Positions 19,433-29,474 of a stretch of DNA of 64,000 bases are shown here, in pieces. This DNA is from Myxococcales bacterium. GTDB lineage: Bacteria; Myxococcota_A; Polyangia; Polyangiales; Polyangiaceae. Made by a program: the position numbers and the translations under genes. The number at the start of each line of letters is the position of its first letter. Position 1 is the first letter of the stretch. The notes under the pieces were generated by a model, which saw only the letters and a program-made list of their open reading frames with translations, was not told the DNA's origin and did no database searches. The DNA is taken from contig JAYTOU010000031.1 of assembly GCA_043747615.1 (NCBI GenBank), positions 64,001 through 128,000 of the forward strand, given 5' to 3'.

Positions 19433-20374
19433 CTAGGCATGCCAGGAGGTGGCGATCAAGGCGACGAACGCAGCGATCGTCGCGGCGAGGATGTATTGCG
19501 GAACGGTGCTCAGCTTCAGCCGCGCGACCATGGACTCCACGGTTCCAATGACGACGGCGATGACCAGCGAAATCCCCACGTTTGCCGCAGCGGCGACCGC
19601 CATGACGTGATCTGCGCCGGCCCATGGATTCACGAGCGCAGCGAGAAGCGTGATGCCTACGGTCATCTTGAGAGCGGAGCCGTACTGGAGGACCGCCAGG
19701 TCGGGGCCACTGTGATCGAGGATCATCACCTCGCGGATCATCGTGAGCTCGAGATGGGTGCTCGGGTCGTCCGCCGGCATTCGTCCCGACTCGACTTGCA
19801 CGATGATGAAGAGCGCGATGATTGAAGCGGCCCAGACCACGAGCGATCCTCCCGCATCGATGCGCATGGCGACGGCACCTGTCAGGGAATGCTCTCCACT
19901 CGCCGTCGAGAGCGCGCCCGCAACCAGGAAGAGCGTCGGCTCGAGGAGCGTCGAGAGCGTGGCCTCGCGACTCGCCCCCATGCCCTCGAAAGAGCTCCCG
20001 ACGTCGAGCGCTGCGAGCATCAGCGCCACGCGACCAAGCGCCCACACGTACGCGAACCAAACGAAGTCGAAGGGAAACGCGATCGCGCTTTGGCGACCGA
20101 AGAGGGGCACGACGAGCGCCGAGGCGAGCGTGGTAGCCAGGACGACGTAGGGCGCGAGGCGGAAGATGGGCGTGGTGGCCGCGCTGTACACGCTCTGCTT
20201 GCGCATCAAGCGGACGAGGTCGAACGCGAGCTGAAGGATCGGAAGTCCTTTTCGACCGGACCAAAGAGCCTTCGTACGGTTGATGATCCCCACGACGAGA
20301 ATGGGCAGGACGACGACGGTGCCCACGAACGCTGCGAGGGGGCTCGCCATTCTTCCCACCTCTCCGGGGGTCAT
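19433..20374 (-). CDS. HyfC-like (NuoH) membrane subunit
   Basis: GRKGLPILQ..DL..K, SSFEGMGASRE, ESGRMPADDPSTHLELTMI. Confidence 0.9.
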   Translation of the reverse strand: MTPGEVGRMASPLAAFVGTVVVLPILVVGIINRTKALWSGRKGLPILQLAFDLVRLMRKQSVYSAATTPIFRLAPYVVLATTLASALVVPLFGRQSAIAFPFDFVWFAYVWALGRVALMLAALDVGSSFEGMGASREATLSTLLEPTLFLVAGALSTASGEHSLTGAVAMRIDAGGSLVVWAASIIALFIIVQVESGRMPADDPSTHLELTMIREVMILDHSGPDLAVLQYGSALKMTVGITLLAALVNPWAGADHVMAVAAAANVGISLVIAVVIGTVESMVARLKLSTVPQYILAATIAAFVALIATSWHA

Positions 20375-22350
20375 CGCCCGGCCCCGATCAGCACCGCCAC
20401 GATGGTCACCAGAAGGACGAGCGCTGCGGCGAACGCGAAGCGCGGCTGCTCTGGAATGCGCTCGGACGTCTTCGTCACGAACTCTTCGCCTTGCCCTATC
20501 ACCTCGAACATCCTTCGCTCGACGGCGTCGATGTGGTGGGTCGACACATGGCCGCGTTCCGGTGGAAACGCTTTCGTCGAGAGGCGCTCGCGCCGGAGCT
20601 GCGGCAAGAACGCCTCGAAGATCAGGGCAAATTGAGCCGAAAATGAGCTTCCCGTCGTTTGCATGCGCGTGTTCGGCGCCGCGTAGCCACAGCCCCACGT
20701 AACGACGCGACGCGCGCGCCTCCCGGCGAGCCAGCCGGCTGCGCAGAAGATCGCGATGCCCACCGCGAGCACTCGGCTGACGAGCTGCACAGGGACGAGC
20801 GCCTTCGTCAGGTCGGAATCGTCGAACGCAATCCCGTCGATGCGGAAGAGGGAGATCGTGGAGCGGACGAAGCTGAGCCCGATGATCGGAAAGAGGCCGA
20901 GGAGCACGACGCCCGCCGCGTGGACCGCCATAGGAAGGAGCATGGTCCAGGGAGCATCGCCTTGCGCGTGAACCCTTGCGTCTCGTGGCTTGCCGAGGAA
21001 CGCGACGCCGATCGCGCGGGTCATGGAAAGCGCGCTCACCGCACCAACGAACGCGAGGAGAGCGGCAGCCCCAACGAGAGCGATCGTGGCCAACGCCGAA
21101 GGCGCAGCTCCGGAGAGGAGCCCCGCGTAGATCAGAAATTCGCTGAAGAACCCGTTCAGAGGCGGGAGCGCGCACATCGCGATACCGCCGATCATGAACA
21201 TAACCGCGGTGCGGGGCATGGCGCGCGCGAGGCCGCCCAAGCGTTCGATGTCGACCGTGTGAGCGATGCGGTAGACGGCGCCGGCCGCGTAAAAGAGCAA
21301 GCACTTGAAGAGCGCATGGTTGAAGAGGTGGAGGATGCCGCCACCGAACCCCGCGAGCACGAGGGCCGGCTTGCCCCACGAGAGGCCGAGATAGCCGATG
21401 CCGAAGCCGATCCCGGCGATGCCCACGTTCTCGGTCGACGAATATCCAAGGAGACGTTTCAGGTCTCGTTGCACCGACGTGTAGAGAACACCGAAGAGCG
21501 CCGAGAGGCACGCAAAGCCAAGCACGCACCACCCCATCCACTCTTCGGGTCGCCCCATGAGGAGAGTGAAACGCAGGAAGCCGAAGAGACCTGCCTTGTG
21601 AATCACCCCCGACATCAGCGCCGAGACGTGCGCGGGCGCCGCAGAGTGAGCGCGCGGGAGCCACGTGTGGAACGGGAAAAAGGCCGATTTGAGGGCGCAC
21701 GAGGCCGCGAGGAGAAGGAAGGCAACGCTGCGAAGGCGACTTCTTTTCGCGAGGAAGGCGCCGAACGCGTCGAAGTCCATCGAACGCGTTTGGCTGTGCA
21801 TGAGCATGAACGCCGCAACGAGGATGAAGAGTCCGACGTGCGTCGAGACGAGGTAGTTGAACCCAGCGAATCGGATCTTCTGGTTTTGATATTCCCAGAT
21901 GACGAGCAGCCACGCCGAGATCGCTGCGACCTCCCATCCGAGGAGGAACACGAGCGCGTTCTGCACCGAGTAGACGATGATGAACGACAGGCCCACCATG
22001 TTGAGGAGGGCAAAGTGCGGCCCGCCGTTGCGACCGGTGTCGAAGGAAGGGCGGAGATACCCGACCGCGTAGACGCTCCCCAGAAATGTCATGGGGAGCG
22101 ACCACGCTAGAAAAAATGCGCTGAGCGCATCGACGCGCACCCGGATCGTCTCGACGGGGAACGACCAGGGGAGCTCCGCTACGAGCCCCGGCCCGCCCGC
22201 GAGCACCGGCGCGATTGCCCAGAGGACGAGGAGCGTTGCCAGAGCTTGCGAGGTGAGGGCGACCGCCGCGCGGTGGGCGTTGTGACGAAGCGATAGCGAC
22301 AGCGCCGCGCCTAGAATGAAGACGAGGCCGCCGATCAGGAGGTAGTGCAC
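20371..22350 (-). CDS. HyfB-like (NuoL/M) membrane subunit
   Basis: FLLGWE, KSAFFPFHTWLPRAHSAAP, KRLLGYSSTEN, HALFKCLLF, LPPLNGFFSE, TWGCGY. Confidence 0.9.
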   Translation of the reverse strand: MHYLLIGGLVFILGAALSLSLRHNAHRAAVALTSQALATLLVLWAIAPVLAGGPGLVAELPWSFPVETIRVRVDALSAFFLAWSLPMTFLGSVYAVGYLRPSFDTGRNGGPHFALLNMVGLSFIIVYSVQNALVFLLGWEVAAISAWLLVIWEYQNQKIRFAGFNYLVSTHVGLFILVAAFMLMHSQTRSMDFDAFGAFLAKRSRLRSVAFLLLAASCALKSAFFPFHTWLPRAHSAAPAHVSALMSGVIHKAGLFGFLRFTLLMGRPEEWMGWCVLGFACLSALFGVLYTSVQRDLKRLLGYSSTENVGIAGIGFGIGYLGLSWGKPALVLAGFGGGILHLFNHALFKCLLFYAAGAVYRIAHTVDIERLGGLARAMPRTAVMFMIGGIAMCALPPLNGFFSEFLIYAGLLSGAAPSALATIALVGAAALLAFVGAVSALSMTRAIGVAFLGKPRDARVHAQGDAPWTMLLPMAVHAAGVVLLGLFPIIGLSFVRSTISLFRIDGIAFDDSDLTKALVPVQLVSRVLAVGIAIFCAAGWLAGRRARRVVTWGCGYAAPNTRMQTTGSSFSAQFALIFEAFLPQLRRERLSTKAFPPERGHVSTHHIDAVERRMFEVIGQGEEFVTKTSERIPEQPRFAFAAALVLLVTIVAVLIGAGR

Positions 22351-22402
22351 GGGCGGGGCCCCACGATACGACGATTAGGACCCGCGTGCGGGCGTTAGTC
22401 GC

Positions 22403-23485
22403 TCAGCCGGAGTCGGCTGCGTCCGCCGCGTTGCTCGCGTCGGCAGCATCGGTGCCCGCGTCGAGCCCCGCGTCGTCGGGAAGCATCGGCGCCGTGGGGC
22501 AAGCAGCGATCGAGACCGTGTTCGTGTCCATGGTCACCGCCGCTGCAGCAAGCGCCCTGCCGGTGAGCTCGGCGCGCGTGTTGAGGGTGACGGAGCTGCC
22601 CGAGAGAATATTGCCGCTGAACTTCGCGTCGGTCGAAATGGTCGCCGCGGTGCCGACCTGCCAGTAGACGTTGCAGGGATTCGCGCCGCCGGTGACGAGG
22701 ACCTGGGCCGGCACGAGCGTGTTGAGCGAGAATGTGGTGAGCGTGCTGCCAATCTGGAAGAACCACTTGGCGTTGGCGCCGGCACTCCCCGCGGCGAGCG
22801 TGAGGATTCCCGTAATCTGGGCAGACGAAGCGAACTTGTAGATTCCAGGCGGGAGCGTCATTCCGCCGAGCTCGCTGGCCGTGGTCACGCCGCCGAGCAG
22901 GTTCGCGGGCGAGATGTCCGTGTAGGCCTGGAGAATATCTGCCTGTGCGGTCTGGGCAACGCTGTCGCCGAGGTGGAACGCACCGAGGAGGAGGATCGGC
23001 GGCGTCGTTCCGATGGCCGTCGGGCTCGGATACACACCCAGGTCGCCGGCGCTGACGGTCGTGGTGTTCGCGTTCGACACGGTCGACCCCCCGAAGATCG
23101 TGAACCTGGCGGCCGATTTGAGGAGGGGGTCGAAGGGGGCGAGACTCGCGTCGGTTCCGTCGAAGGCGTCGGCGGCGTCGGCGGCGGCAGCATCTGCGCT
23201 GTCGGTAGCATCTGCGCTGTCGGCGCGCGCATCGTTGACGGTGGTGTCGGTGAAGGTCCCGTCACCCACGGTTCCGTCCGCCATCATTTCGTCGCCCACG
23301 GTCGAATCGCCGAGCGTTACGTCGCTCGTCGTTCCGTCGGCGAGCGCGCCATCCGGCGAGACCGCGCCGTCCGAGTCGAATGGGATGGTGTCGAAGCCAC
23401 CGCACGCCGCGGGAACGAACGCGGCGAACGGAATGACGACAGCGAGGCGAGCGGCGAGGCGGGGGAGACTAAGGGTTCGCGCCAT
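22403..23485 (-). CDS. DUF3494 ice-binding-like lipoprotein (paralog 1)
   Basis: AACG lipobox, Asp/Ala linker, GDLGVYP, LPPGIY, FQIGSTLT, NVYWQVG, GNIL, GRALA. Confidence 0.88.
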   Translation of the reverse strand: MARTLSLPRLAARLAVVIPFAAFVPAACGGFDTIPFDSDGAVSPDGALADGTTSDVTLGDSTVGDEMMADGTVGDGTFTDTTVNDARADSADATDSADAAAADAADAFDGTDASLAPFDPLLKSAARFTIFGGSTVSNANTTTVSAGDLGVYPSPTAIGTTPPILLLGAFHLGDSVAQTAQADILQAYTDISPANLLGGVTTASELGGMTLPPGIYKFASSAQITGILTLAAGSAGANAKWFFQIGSTLTTFSLNTLVPAQVLVTGGANPCNVYWQVGTAATISTDAKFSGNILSGSSVTLNTRAELTGRALAAAAVTMDTNTVSIAACPTAPMLPDDAGLDAGTDAADASNAADAADSG

Positions 23486-23499
23486 GGTGTTCTTCCTCT

Positions 23500-25329
23500 T
23501 CACTTCTTCGCCGGGGTGGGGGTCTTCGCCGGCGGGGGATTCGTCGCCAGGTCTTCGATGTGGAATTCGACGCGTCGATTGGCCGCACGTCCGTCAGCCG
23601 TCGTGTTCTCTTCGAGAGGCTTCTCGAGACCAAAGCCTTCGCTGCTCAGCTTGCGTTTGTCGACGCCCGCCTTGGTCAACGCCTTCTCGACGGACACCGC
23701 GCGCCGCCGACTGAGGTCCTTGTTGTAGACCGCAGCGCCGACGTTGTCGGTGTGTCCTTCGACGCGAAGGTGCTTGATTTCGGGATGCTCCTTGAGGGTC
23801 GTGGTGACGGCGTCGATGATGTTCTTGCCCTCGAGAATCTCCGCGCTGTTGGTCTTGAACTTGATCTGGTCGAGGATTTTCACCTGGCCGGCTTCGATCC
23901 GAACGAACGGGCAGCCGTTCATTTTCGGATTGTCGTTGTGGGGGCCCGGCGCGTCGGGGCATGCGTCTTCGGTGTCGATAATGCCGTCCTTGTCGCGGTC
24001 GGACGGGCAGCCGTTCGTCTTGGGATCGCCGGTCTTGACGCCAGGAACCGTGGGGCAAGCGTCTTCGGCGTCGATGATGCCGTCCTTGTCCTTGTCTGAC
24101 GGACAACCGTTCGTCTTGGGATCGTCGGTCCTGATTCCGGGAACGTCAGGGCACGCATCCTCGGCGTCTGCAATGCCGTCCTTGTCGCGATCCGACGGAC
24201 AGCCGTTCGTCTTGGGATCGTCGGTCTTGACTCCGGCGACGTCTGGGCACGCATCGTTCTGGTCGAGGATCCCGTCGCCATCGCGGTCCGGCGGACACCC
24301 GTTGGTCTTGGGATCGTTCGTTCGCACACCGACGACGTCGGGGCATGCGTCTTCGTTGTCGAAGACTCCATCGCCGTCACGGTCGGGCCGAGGGGGCGGC
24401 GGCTTCTCGATCGACGGCATCCACTCGATGGACGCTAGCGTGCGAAACTGCGCGGTCCCTGGCGCGCTCGACAGACCCGGTCCGGCGCCGAGCCCGAATC
24501 GAAAATCACCCGCGTTGTAGTGGCCGCCAAGCATGAGCGCGAGGGGCGTCGAGTGTTTTCGGAAGGCCGTGTCGCTGCTGGCGATGACCGTGCCGCCGAA
24601 GATTTCCGGTCCGAGGAGGAGCTTCTTATCCGCCACGCGGAGGCCGGCGGCAGCGCTGAAGTCGAGCTCGGTTCCCGTTGCGCGCCCGTTGAACGGAGTG
24701 TCGTTCGCGCGATAGACGGTGCCGACTTGGACGGCATACGCGAAGTTGTCGATGTCGCCGGCGACGGCTACGCGCGGACCCACCCGGACTTGTCCGTCGC
24801 CGAGGTATTGCGTTTCATCCCCCGTCGGGAGCCACACTCGGCCGCCGAGCGCGATCGTGAAGGGATCGCCGTACTCGCCGAGCAACCGAAGGTCTGCGGC
24901 GAGGCGCAAATCGCCGACACCGCCGTTCGAGGGCGCGATGTACCTGCGCCCGGCGGCCGTTTTGCTCTCGCCGTCCTGAAGAAGGGCGAGAGGGAGGCTG
25001 AGTCCAAGGCGAAGGCGGTCGAACAGATTGACGGACGCGCCGACGTGCAAATAAAATTGCGAGCTGATGACCGCGGTGTTCTCGGTCCTGTCGGGGTTCT
25101 GGAGGATGTACGCCTTGTAGGCGTAGTCACCGACGACCCCAATCGCAGGCCGGAACTTGCCGCGAAGATCGAGCGATTCGTTGGCGAACCAATCGCTTCC
25201 GCGCTCGGACGGCTCGAACGTATTGAGTGCGCCTGGCGCGGTCTGCGCACTTGCTGACGCACTCCAGCCAATCGTAGCGAAAGCAGCGACGCAGCAAACG
25301 CGGGCCCGACGATAACTAAGATTCTTCAT
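23500..25329 (-). CDS. OmpA-family outer membrane protein with thrombospondin type-3 repeats
   Basis: N-terminal barrel-like region, five DxDxDG...CP repeats, VEGHTD...N..LS..RA...NRRVEF. Confidence 0.92.
   Translation of the reverse strand: MKNLSYRRARVCCVAAFATIGWSASASAQTAPGALNTFEPSERGSDWFANESLDLRGKFRPAIGVVGDYAYKAYILQNPDRTENTAVISSQFYLHVGASVNLFDRLRLGLSLPLALLQDGESKTAAGRRYIAPSNGGVGDLRLAADLRLLGEYGDPFTIALGGRVWLPTGDETQYLGDGQVRVGPRVAVAGDIDNFAYAVQVGTVYRANDTPFNGRATGTELDFSAAAGLRVADKKLLLGPEIFGGTVIASSDTAFRKHSTPLALMLGGHYNAGDFRFGLGAGPGLSSAPGTAQFRTLASIEWMPSIEKPPPPRPDRDGDGVFDNEDACPDVVGVRTNDPKTNGCPPDRDGDGILDQNDACPDVAGVKTDDPKTNGCPSDRDKDGIADAEDACPDVPGIRTDDPKTNGCPSDKDKDGIIDAEDACPTVPGVKTGDPKTNGCPSDRDKDGIIDTEDACPDAPGPHNDNPKMNGCPFVRIEAGQVKILDQIKFKTNSAEILEGKNIIDAVTTTLKEHPEIKHLRVEGHTDNVGAAVYNKDLSRRRAVSVEKALTKAGVDKRKLSSEGFGLEKPLEENTTADGRAANRRVEFHIEDLATNPPPAKTPTPAKK
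23908..24387 (-). repeat. Five tandem 96-bp (32-aa) TSP3-like Ca-binding repeats
   Basis: Unit xDRDxDGIxDxxDACPDVxGxxTxDPKTNGCP repeated five times. Confidence 0.9.
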
Positions 25330-25399
25330 TCCGAGGTGTGATGCCCGTGCTGCAATCACGGTTCTGTCGTTCGCCGGAATCGCTCTCATTCCGTGGAGG

Positions 25400-26461
25400 C
25401 TAACGCGGCGTAAGTGGGAGTTCCAGTACGAAGATGCAGCCTCTTCCGGGGAGATTCTGGATGTGAATCGCGCCGCCGTGCGCCTCGGCGGCTTGCTTGG
25501 CGATCGGCAAGCCGAGGCCGAAGCCCGTACGGTCGACGCCCATCTGCGAGAACGGCAGAAACGCCTTCTCGACCATGCCGTCGGGGAGGCCGCCGCAGGT
25601 GTCCTCGACTTCGATGCTGACGCGATTTTCGCGCACCCGGGCGCGGATCTCTACCCGCCCTCCGTCGTGACTGAATTTGACGGCGTTTCGAGCGAGGTTG
25701 ATGAGGGCCGAGCTGACGAGGCGCGCATCGACGACGAGCTCGTGATCCTCGTCGAGCTGGCAGGTAAGGGTGATCCCTTTCTCCTCCGCGCTCAGGCTCG
25801 CCGCGAGCTCGACGTCATGCAGCAAGGCCGAGAGGAGGATGGCCTCCGGACGGAGCGTCACCGCGGCGCCGACCTGCGCGTCGCGAAGCGAGTTCTCGAT
25901 GAGCTCATGCATGCGTGCGAGGCCGCGCTTCAGGATCTGGAGGAAGCGATCGTCTTTCAGTTGCCCCGCGCGCAGGATGGCGGCGAGGGCGCCGTTGACC
26001 GCGCCGAGCGGATTTCGGAGCTCATGCGCGACGAACGCGAAGTGCTCGTTCGACTGCCGACGAAGCTCGCCGTCGCGCTGCCGGGCGTACTCCGAGACGG
26101 CCTCGGCAATCCCGGTGATCGTGCAGTGGTAGAGGACCTCGCGCTCCCCGTTGCTGACGTTCACCCCCGCCGCGTTGGCCTCTTCGATGATGGCCTGGCC
26201 GAGGGCGCCGTACTCGCGCACCACGGAATCGAGGTTGAACCCGAGACCCAGGCGCTGCACTCCGTGCTCGGCGGCGATGTCGCTGACGTCGAGGATCGAA
26301 AGGCGGCGAAGATTGCCGGCCACCTCGTCGAGGAACATCGGCAAGTGATCGACGAGCTCCGCGCGAGGCATTGACCCAGGATGGAGACTCCCGCTCACCA
26401 TTCTCTCCCAGCGTTGCAAGATCTCGTCGCGGCGCGACGAGATGAGCTCGGGAAGATCCAT
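25400..26461 (-). CDS. Sensor histidine kinase with N-terminal RsbRD_N-like domain
   Basis: RRDEILQRW...AAEHGVQRLGLGF..VVREY; AHELRNPL; NLARNAVKF; GFGLGL. Confidence 0.85.
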   Translation of the reverse strand: MDLPELISSRRDEILQRWERMVSGSLHPGSMPRAELVDHLPMFLDEVAGNLRRLSILDVSDIAAEHGVQRLGLGFNLDSVVREYGALGQAIIEEANAAGVNVSNGEREVLYHCTITGIAEAVSEYARQRDGELRRQSNEHFAFVAHELRNPLGAVNGALAAILRAGQLKDDRFLQILKRGLARMHELIENSLRDAQVGAAVTLRPEAILLSALLHDVELAASLSAEEKGITLTCQLDEDHELVVDARLVSSALINLARNAVKFSHDGGRVEIRARVRENRVSIEVEDTCGGLPDGMVEKAFLPFSQMGVDRTGFGLGLPIAKQAAEAHGGAIHIQNLPGRGCIFVLELPLTPR

Positions 26462-26584
26462 TGCGAGCAATCTCGGCCTCTTCGGTCCCCGACGCAACCG
26501 GGAAGGCGAAACTTCACCCGCGAACGCAACGATTGCGCGTGGGTGCTCATCGGATACTTTGACTCAGCCGGAGACTTACTTTTC

Positions 26585-27754
26585 TTGAAACCCGAGACGA
26601 CTCAGGGCGGCGACGCACCGCCCGCAAATCAGCGACTTTCGATCGTTGAGCGCTTCGACGCGGCCGCGGGATCGCAGCTGTCGCTTCGAGGCGAGCTGAA
26701 GTTCCGCGAGGCCGGCCAGATCTGGACCGACGTGCGAGGTCAGGTCTCTTCGCTCAAGAAGGGCGACCGCATCGACTTCGACATGAGCGACGTCGAGTCC
26801 GTGGACGGAGGCACGATGGCCCTCCTCGTGCACCTCCGGAGTGAGCTCGCCGAGCGCGGAGTGAGGGCCGAGTTCGTGGGCGGCCACGAAAACGTCCAAG
26901 CTCTGATTCACCTTTACCGCGGTGACGTGAAGTCCGTTCGACGGACGAAGCGAAAAGCCCAAGGCCTCTTGTCTCAGATCGGCGATGCGACCATCAAATT
27001 TTTTCAGGACATCAAAGAGGTCCTCGCGTTCTTCGGGGACACGGTGGTCGCGACCCTCGGGCTCTTCAAAGACCCGACCTCGGGCAACTGGAAAGACATT
27101 CTTCCCACCATGGAACGCACCGGCGCGAACGCCGTGCCCATCGTGATGCTCATCAATTTTTTGGTCGGCTTCGTGATGGCTTTTCAGGGCGCGACGCAGC
27201 TCAAACAGTTCGGCGCCAATATCTACGTCGCCGATCTGGTGGGACTCTCGGTGACCCGCGAGCTCGGGCCGCTCATGACTGCGATCATTCTTTGCGGGCG
27301 TTCAGGAGCCGCGTTCGCGGCCGAGCTCGGCTCCATGAAAGTCTCCGAAGAAATCGACGCGCTCCGCACCATGGGCTTCGGCCCGATTCGCTATCTCGTC
27401 TTGCCGCGGGCCATCGCGCTCATGCTCGTCTTGCCCGTCCTCACGCTGATCGGAGACTTCGTGGGCATGCTCGGCGGGCTCCTCGTCGGCCTGGCCAGCT
27501 TGGGGCTCACTGTCTCCGGATACCTCAGCGAAACCACCAAGGCCGTTGGCATGTGGGACGTCTTCTCAGGGCTGATCAAGAGCGTCGTCTTCGCGCTCGC
27601 CATCACCCTCATCTCTTGCCAGCAAGGCTTCGCGACGACGGGCGGCGCGGAGGGCGTGGGACGGCGCACGACCTCCTCGGTGGTCTCGATCCTCTTCACC
27701 CTGATCCTCATTGACGCAGGGTTCACGATGTTCTTTCACGCGTTCAACCTATGA
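26585..27754 (+). CDS. mlaE: MlaE-family ABC permease with N-terminal STAS domain
   Basis: DMSDVESVDGG (STAS); RELGPLMTAII.CGRSG.AFAAELGSMKVSEEIDAL; start uncertain (TTG 26585 follows GGAG). Confidence 0.88.
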   Translation: MKPETTQGGDAPPANQRLSIVERFDAAAGSQLSLRGELKFREAGQIWTDVRGQVSSLKKGDRIDFDMSDVESVDGGTMALLVHLRSELAERGVRAEFVGGHENVQALIHLYRGDVKSVRRTKRKAQGLLSQIGDATIKFFQDIKEVLAFFGDTVVATLGLFKDPTSGNWKDILPTMERTGANAVPIVMLINFLVGFVMAFQGATQLKQFGANIYVADLVGLSVTRELGPLMTAIILCGRSGAAFAAELGSMKVSEEIDALRTMGFGPIRYLVLPRAIALMLVLPVLTLIGDFVGMLGGLLVGLASLGLTVSGYLSETTKAVGMWDVFSGLIKSVVFALAITLISCQQGFATTGGAEGVGRRTTSSVVSILFTLILIDAGFTMFFHAFNL

Positions 27755-28491
27755 GCGAGCCCCTCATCAAAGTCACCGACCTCACCATGGGTTGGGGAGA
27801 CGTCATCCTGCAGCAGAACGCGAAGTTCAACGTCGAGCGTGGCGACGTGTTCGCGATCCTGGGCGGTAGTGGCTGCGGCAAATCGACGCTCCTCCGCTAC
27901 CTCATCGGCCTCGAAACACCTCTCTCGGGTGAGATCGTCATCGATGGTCTCGGCAATCCGAACCTCGAGGTCGGTCGCCCTCCGTTCGGCGTGATGTTTC
28001 AATCCGGCGCTCTCTTTGGATCGCTGACGGTCGGCGAGAACGTAGGCCTCGCGCTCGAGCAGTGGACCGATCTGCCGTACGAGGCGATCGGCGCCATCGT
28101 CCTCGCCAAATTGAAGCTCGTTGGATTGGCAGGCGCAGAGAACAAATTTCCTTCCGAAATTTCCGGAGGAATGAAGAAGCGCGCGGCGATCGCCCGGGCC
28201 ATGGCCCTCGAGCCCGAGCTTCTCTTCCTCGACGAACCGTCGGCCGGTCTCGACCCGGTAAGCGCAGTCGAGCTCGACGAGCTCATCATTACTCTCAACA
28301 AGGTGCTTGGCCTGACCGTGGTCCTCGTGACCCACGAGCTTCCAAGTATCTTCAAGATCGCAAAGCGGTGCATCATGCTCGACAAAGAAAGCAAAAGCAT
28401 CATTGCCACCGGAGACCCGTGCGAGCTGCGCGACTCCAGCACCGACCAGCGTGTGCATGATTTCTTCAACCGACTCCCGAGGGCTTCCTAA
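27751..28491 (+). CDS. mlaF: MlaF-family ABC ATPase
   Basis: GGSGCGKS, FQSGALF, ISGGMKKR, DEPSAGLDP, VTH. Confidence 0.92.
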   Translation: MSEPLIKVTDLTMGWGDVILQQNAKFNVERGDVFAILGGSGCGKSTLLRYLIGLETPLSGEIVIDGLGNPNLEVGRPPFGVMFQSGALFGSLTVGENVGLALEQWTDLPYEAIGAIVLAKLKLVGLAGAENKFPSEISGGMKKRAAIARAMALEPELLFLDEPSAGLDPVSAVELDELIITLNKVLGLTVVLVTHELPSIFKIAKRCIMLDKESKSIIATGDPCELRDSSTDQRVHDFFNRLPRAS

Positions 28492-29474
28492 TGTCGACGC
28501 CGACCAACCACTGGAAGCTCGGGCTCTTCGTCGTCTCGGGGTTCGTGCTCGCGCTCATCACGATCGTCGTCCTCGGCGCACAGAGCCTGAAAAAGCAAAC
28601 CGTCAGCTACAAGACGTACTTCGATGAGTCGGTGCAGGGGGTCGAGATCGGCTCGCCCGTGAAGTTCCGCGGCGTCACCGTGGGCAACGTCTCGGGTATC
28701 GACGTCGCCGCCGACCACCGCCACGTGGAGATCACCAGCGATCTTGCGGTCAAAGATCTCGACGATCTCGGGCTCGCCGTCGGAGCGGGGAAAAAGGCTC
28801 GGATCAGCGTGCCGCCCGACCTCCGCGTGCAGCTCGCGTCGCAAGGAATCACCGGCGTGAAATTCCTCCAAATCGATTTCTTCGACATCAAGGACAACCC
28901 GCCGCCGGCCCTGCCGTTTCCCGTTCCGGACAACTACATTCCGGCCGCCGTCTCCACGATGAAGAACCTAGAGGACGCAGTCGTTCGCGCCGTGAACCGG
29001 ATGCCGGAGCTCGCCGACGAGATCCTCCGGGTGGTCGTGAAAGTGAGCACGCTGCTCGACGAGGTCTCGAGCAAGAAGCTGCCGGATCAAGTGGCGGTGA
29101 CGCTGCGCCAGACGAACGCGACGCTGGCCACGCTGCAAACCACGCTCAACGACGTCCACGTCGGCAAGCTCTCCGAGCAAGCCCAGACTACGCTCACCAA
29201 CTTGAACGGGACCATAGACAAGATGAACGCGCTTGTTACACGTCTCGATGGAGACAAGGGCCTCTTCGCGAGCGCTCAGCGGGCGACGACGGCGGTGGGC
29301 GACGTCGCCCAGAATGCGCGTGGTCTCGGGCAAGAGCTGGAGGAGACCTTACGCGACATTCAGGAAATGACGCTCGCCGTCGGGCGCATCACCGACGCTC
29401 TCGAGCGCGATCCCGACATGCTCCTCAAGGGTCGCGGCAAGGCAACCGCCACGGGAAAGGCGGCGGGCAAATGA
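28491..29474 (+). CDS. mlaD: MlaD/MCE protein with long helical extension
   Basis: KLGLFV TM segment, FDESVQG..GSPVKFRGV.VG.V, QGITG, coiled coil, LERDP. Confidence 0.9.
   Translation: MSTPTNHWKLGLFVVSGFVLALITIVVLGAQSLKKQTVSYKTYFDESVQGVEIGSPVKFRGVTVGNVSGIDVAADHRHVEITSDLAVKDLDDLGLAVGAGKKARISVPPDLRVQLASQGITGVKFLQIDFFDIKDNPPPALPFPVPDNYIPAAVSTMKNLEDAVVRAVNRMPELADEILRVVVKVSTLLDEVSSKKLPDQVAVTLRQTNATLATLQTTLNDVHVGKLSEQAQTTLTNLNGTIDKMNALVTRLDGDKGLFASAQRATTAVGDVAQNARGLGQELEETLRDIQEMTLAVGRITDALERDPDMLLKGRGKATATGKAAGK

Noticed and set aside
15911..22105. Long N-terminal extensions of ORFs 15911-18433, 18798-20264 and 19433-22105
   Set aside because: Arg/Pro-rich off-frame read-through over real upstream Ehr genes; true starts lie at stop/start junctions
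23908..24387. Regular DNA repeats as a CRISPR array or ncRNA array
   Set aside because: 96-bp in-frame coding repeats with synonymous variation and no unique spacers; no cas genes
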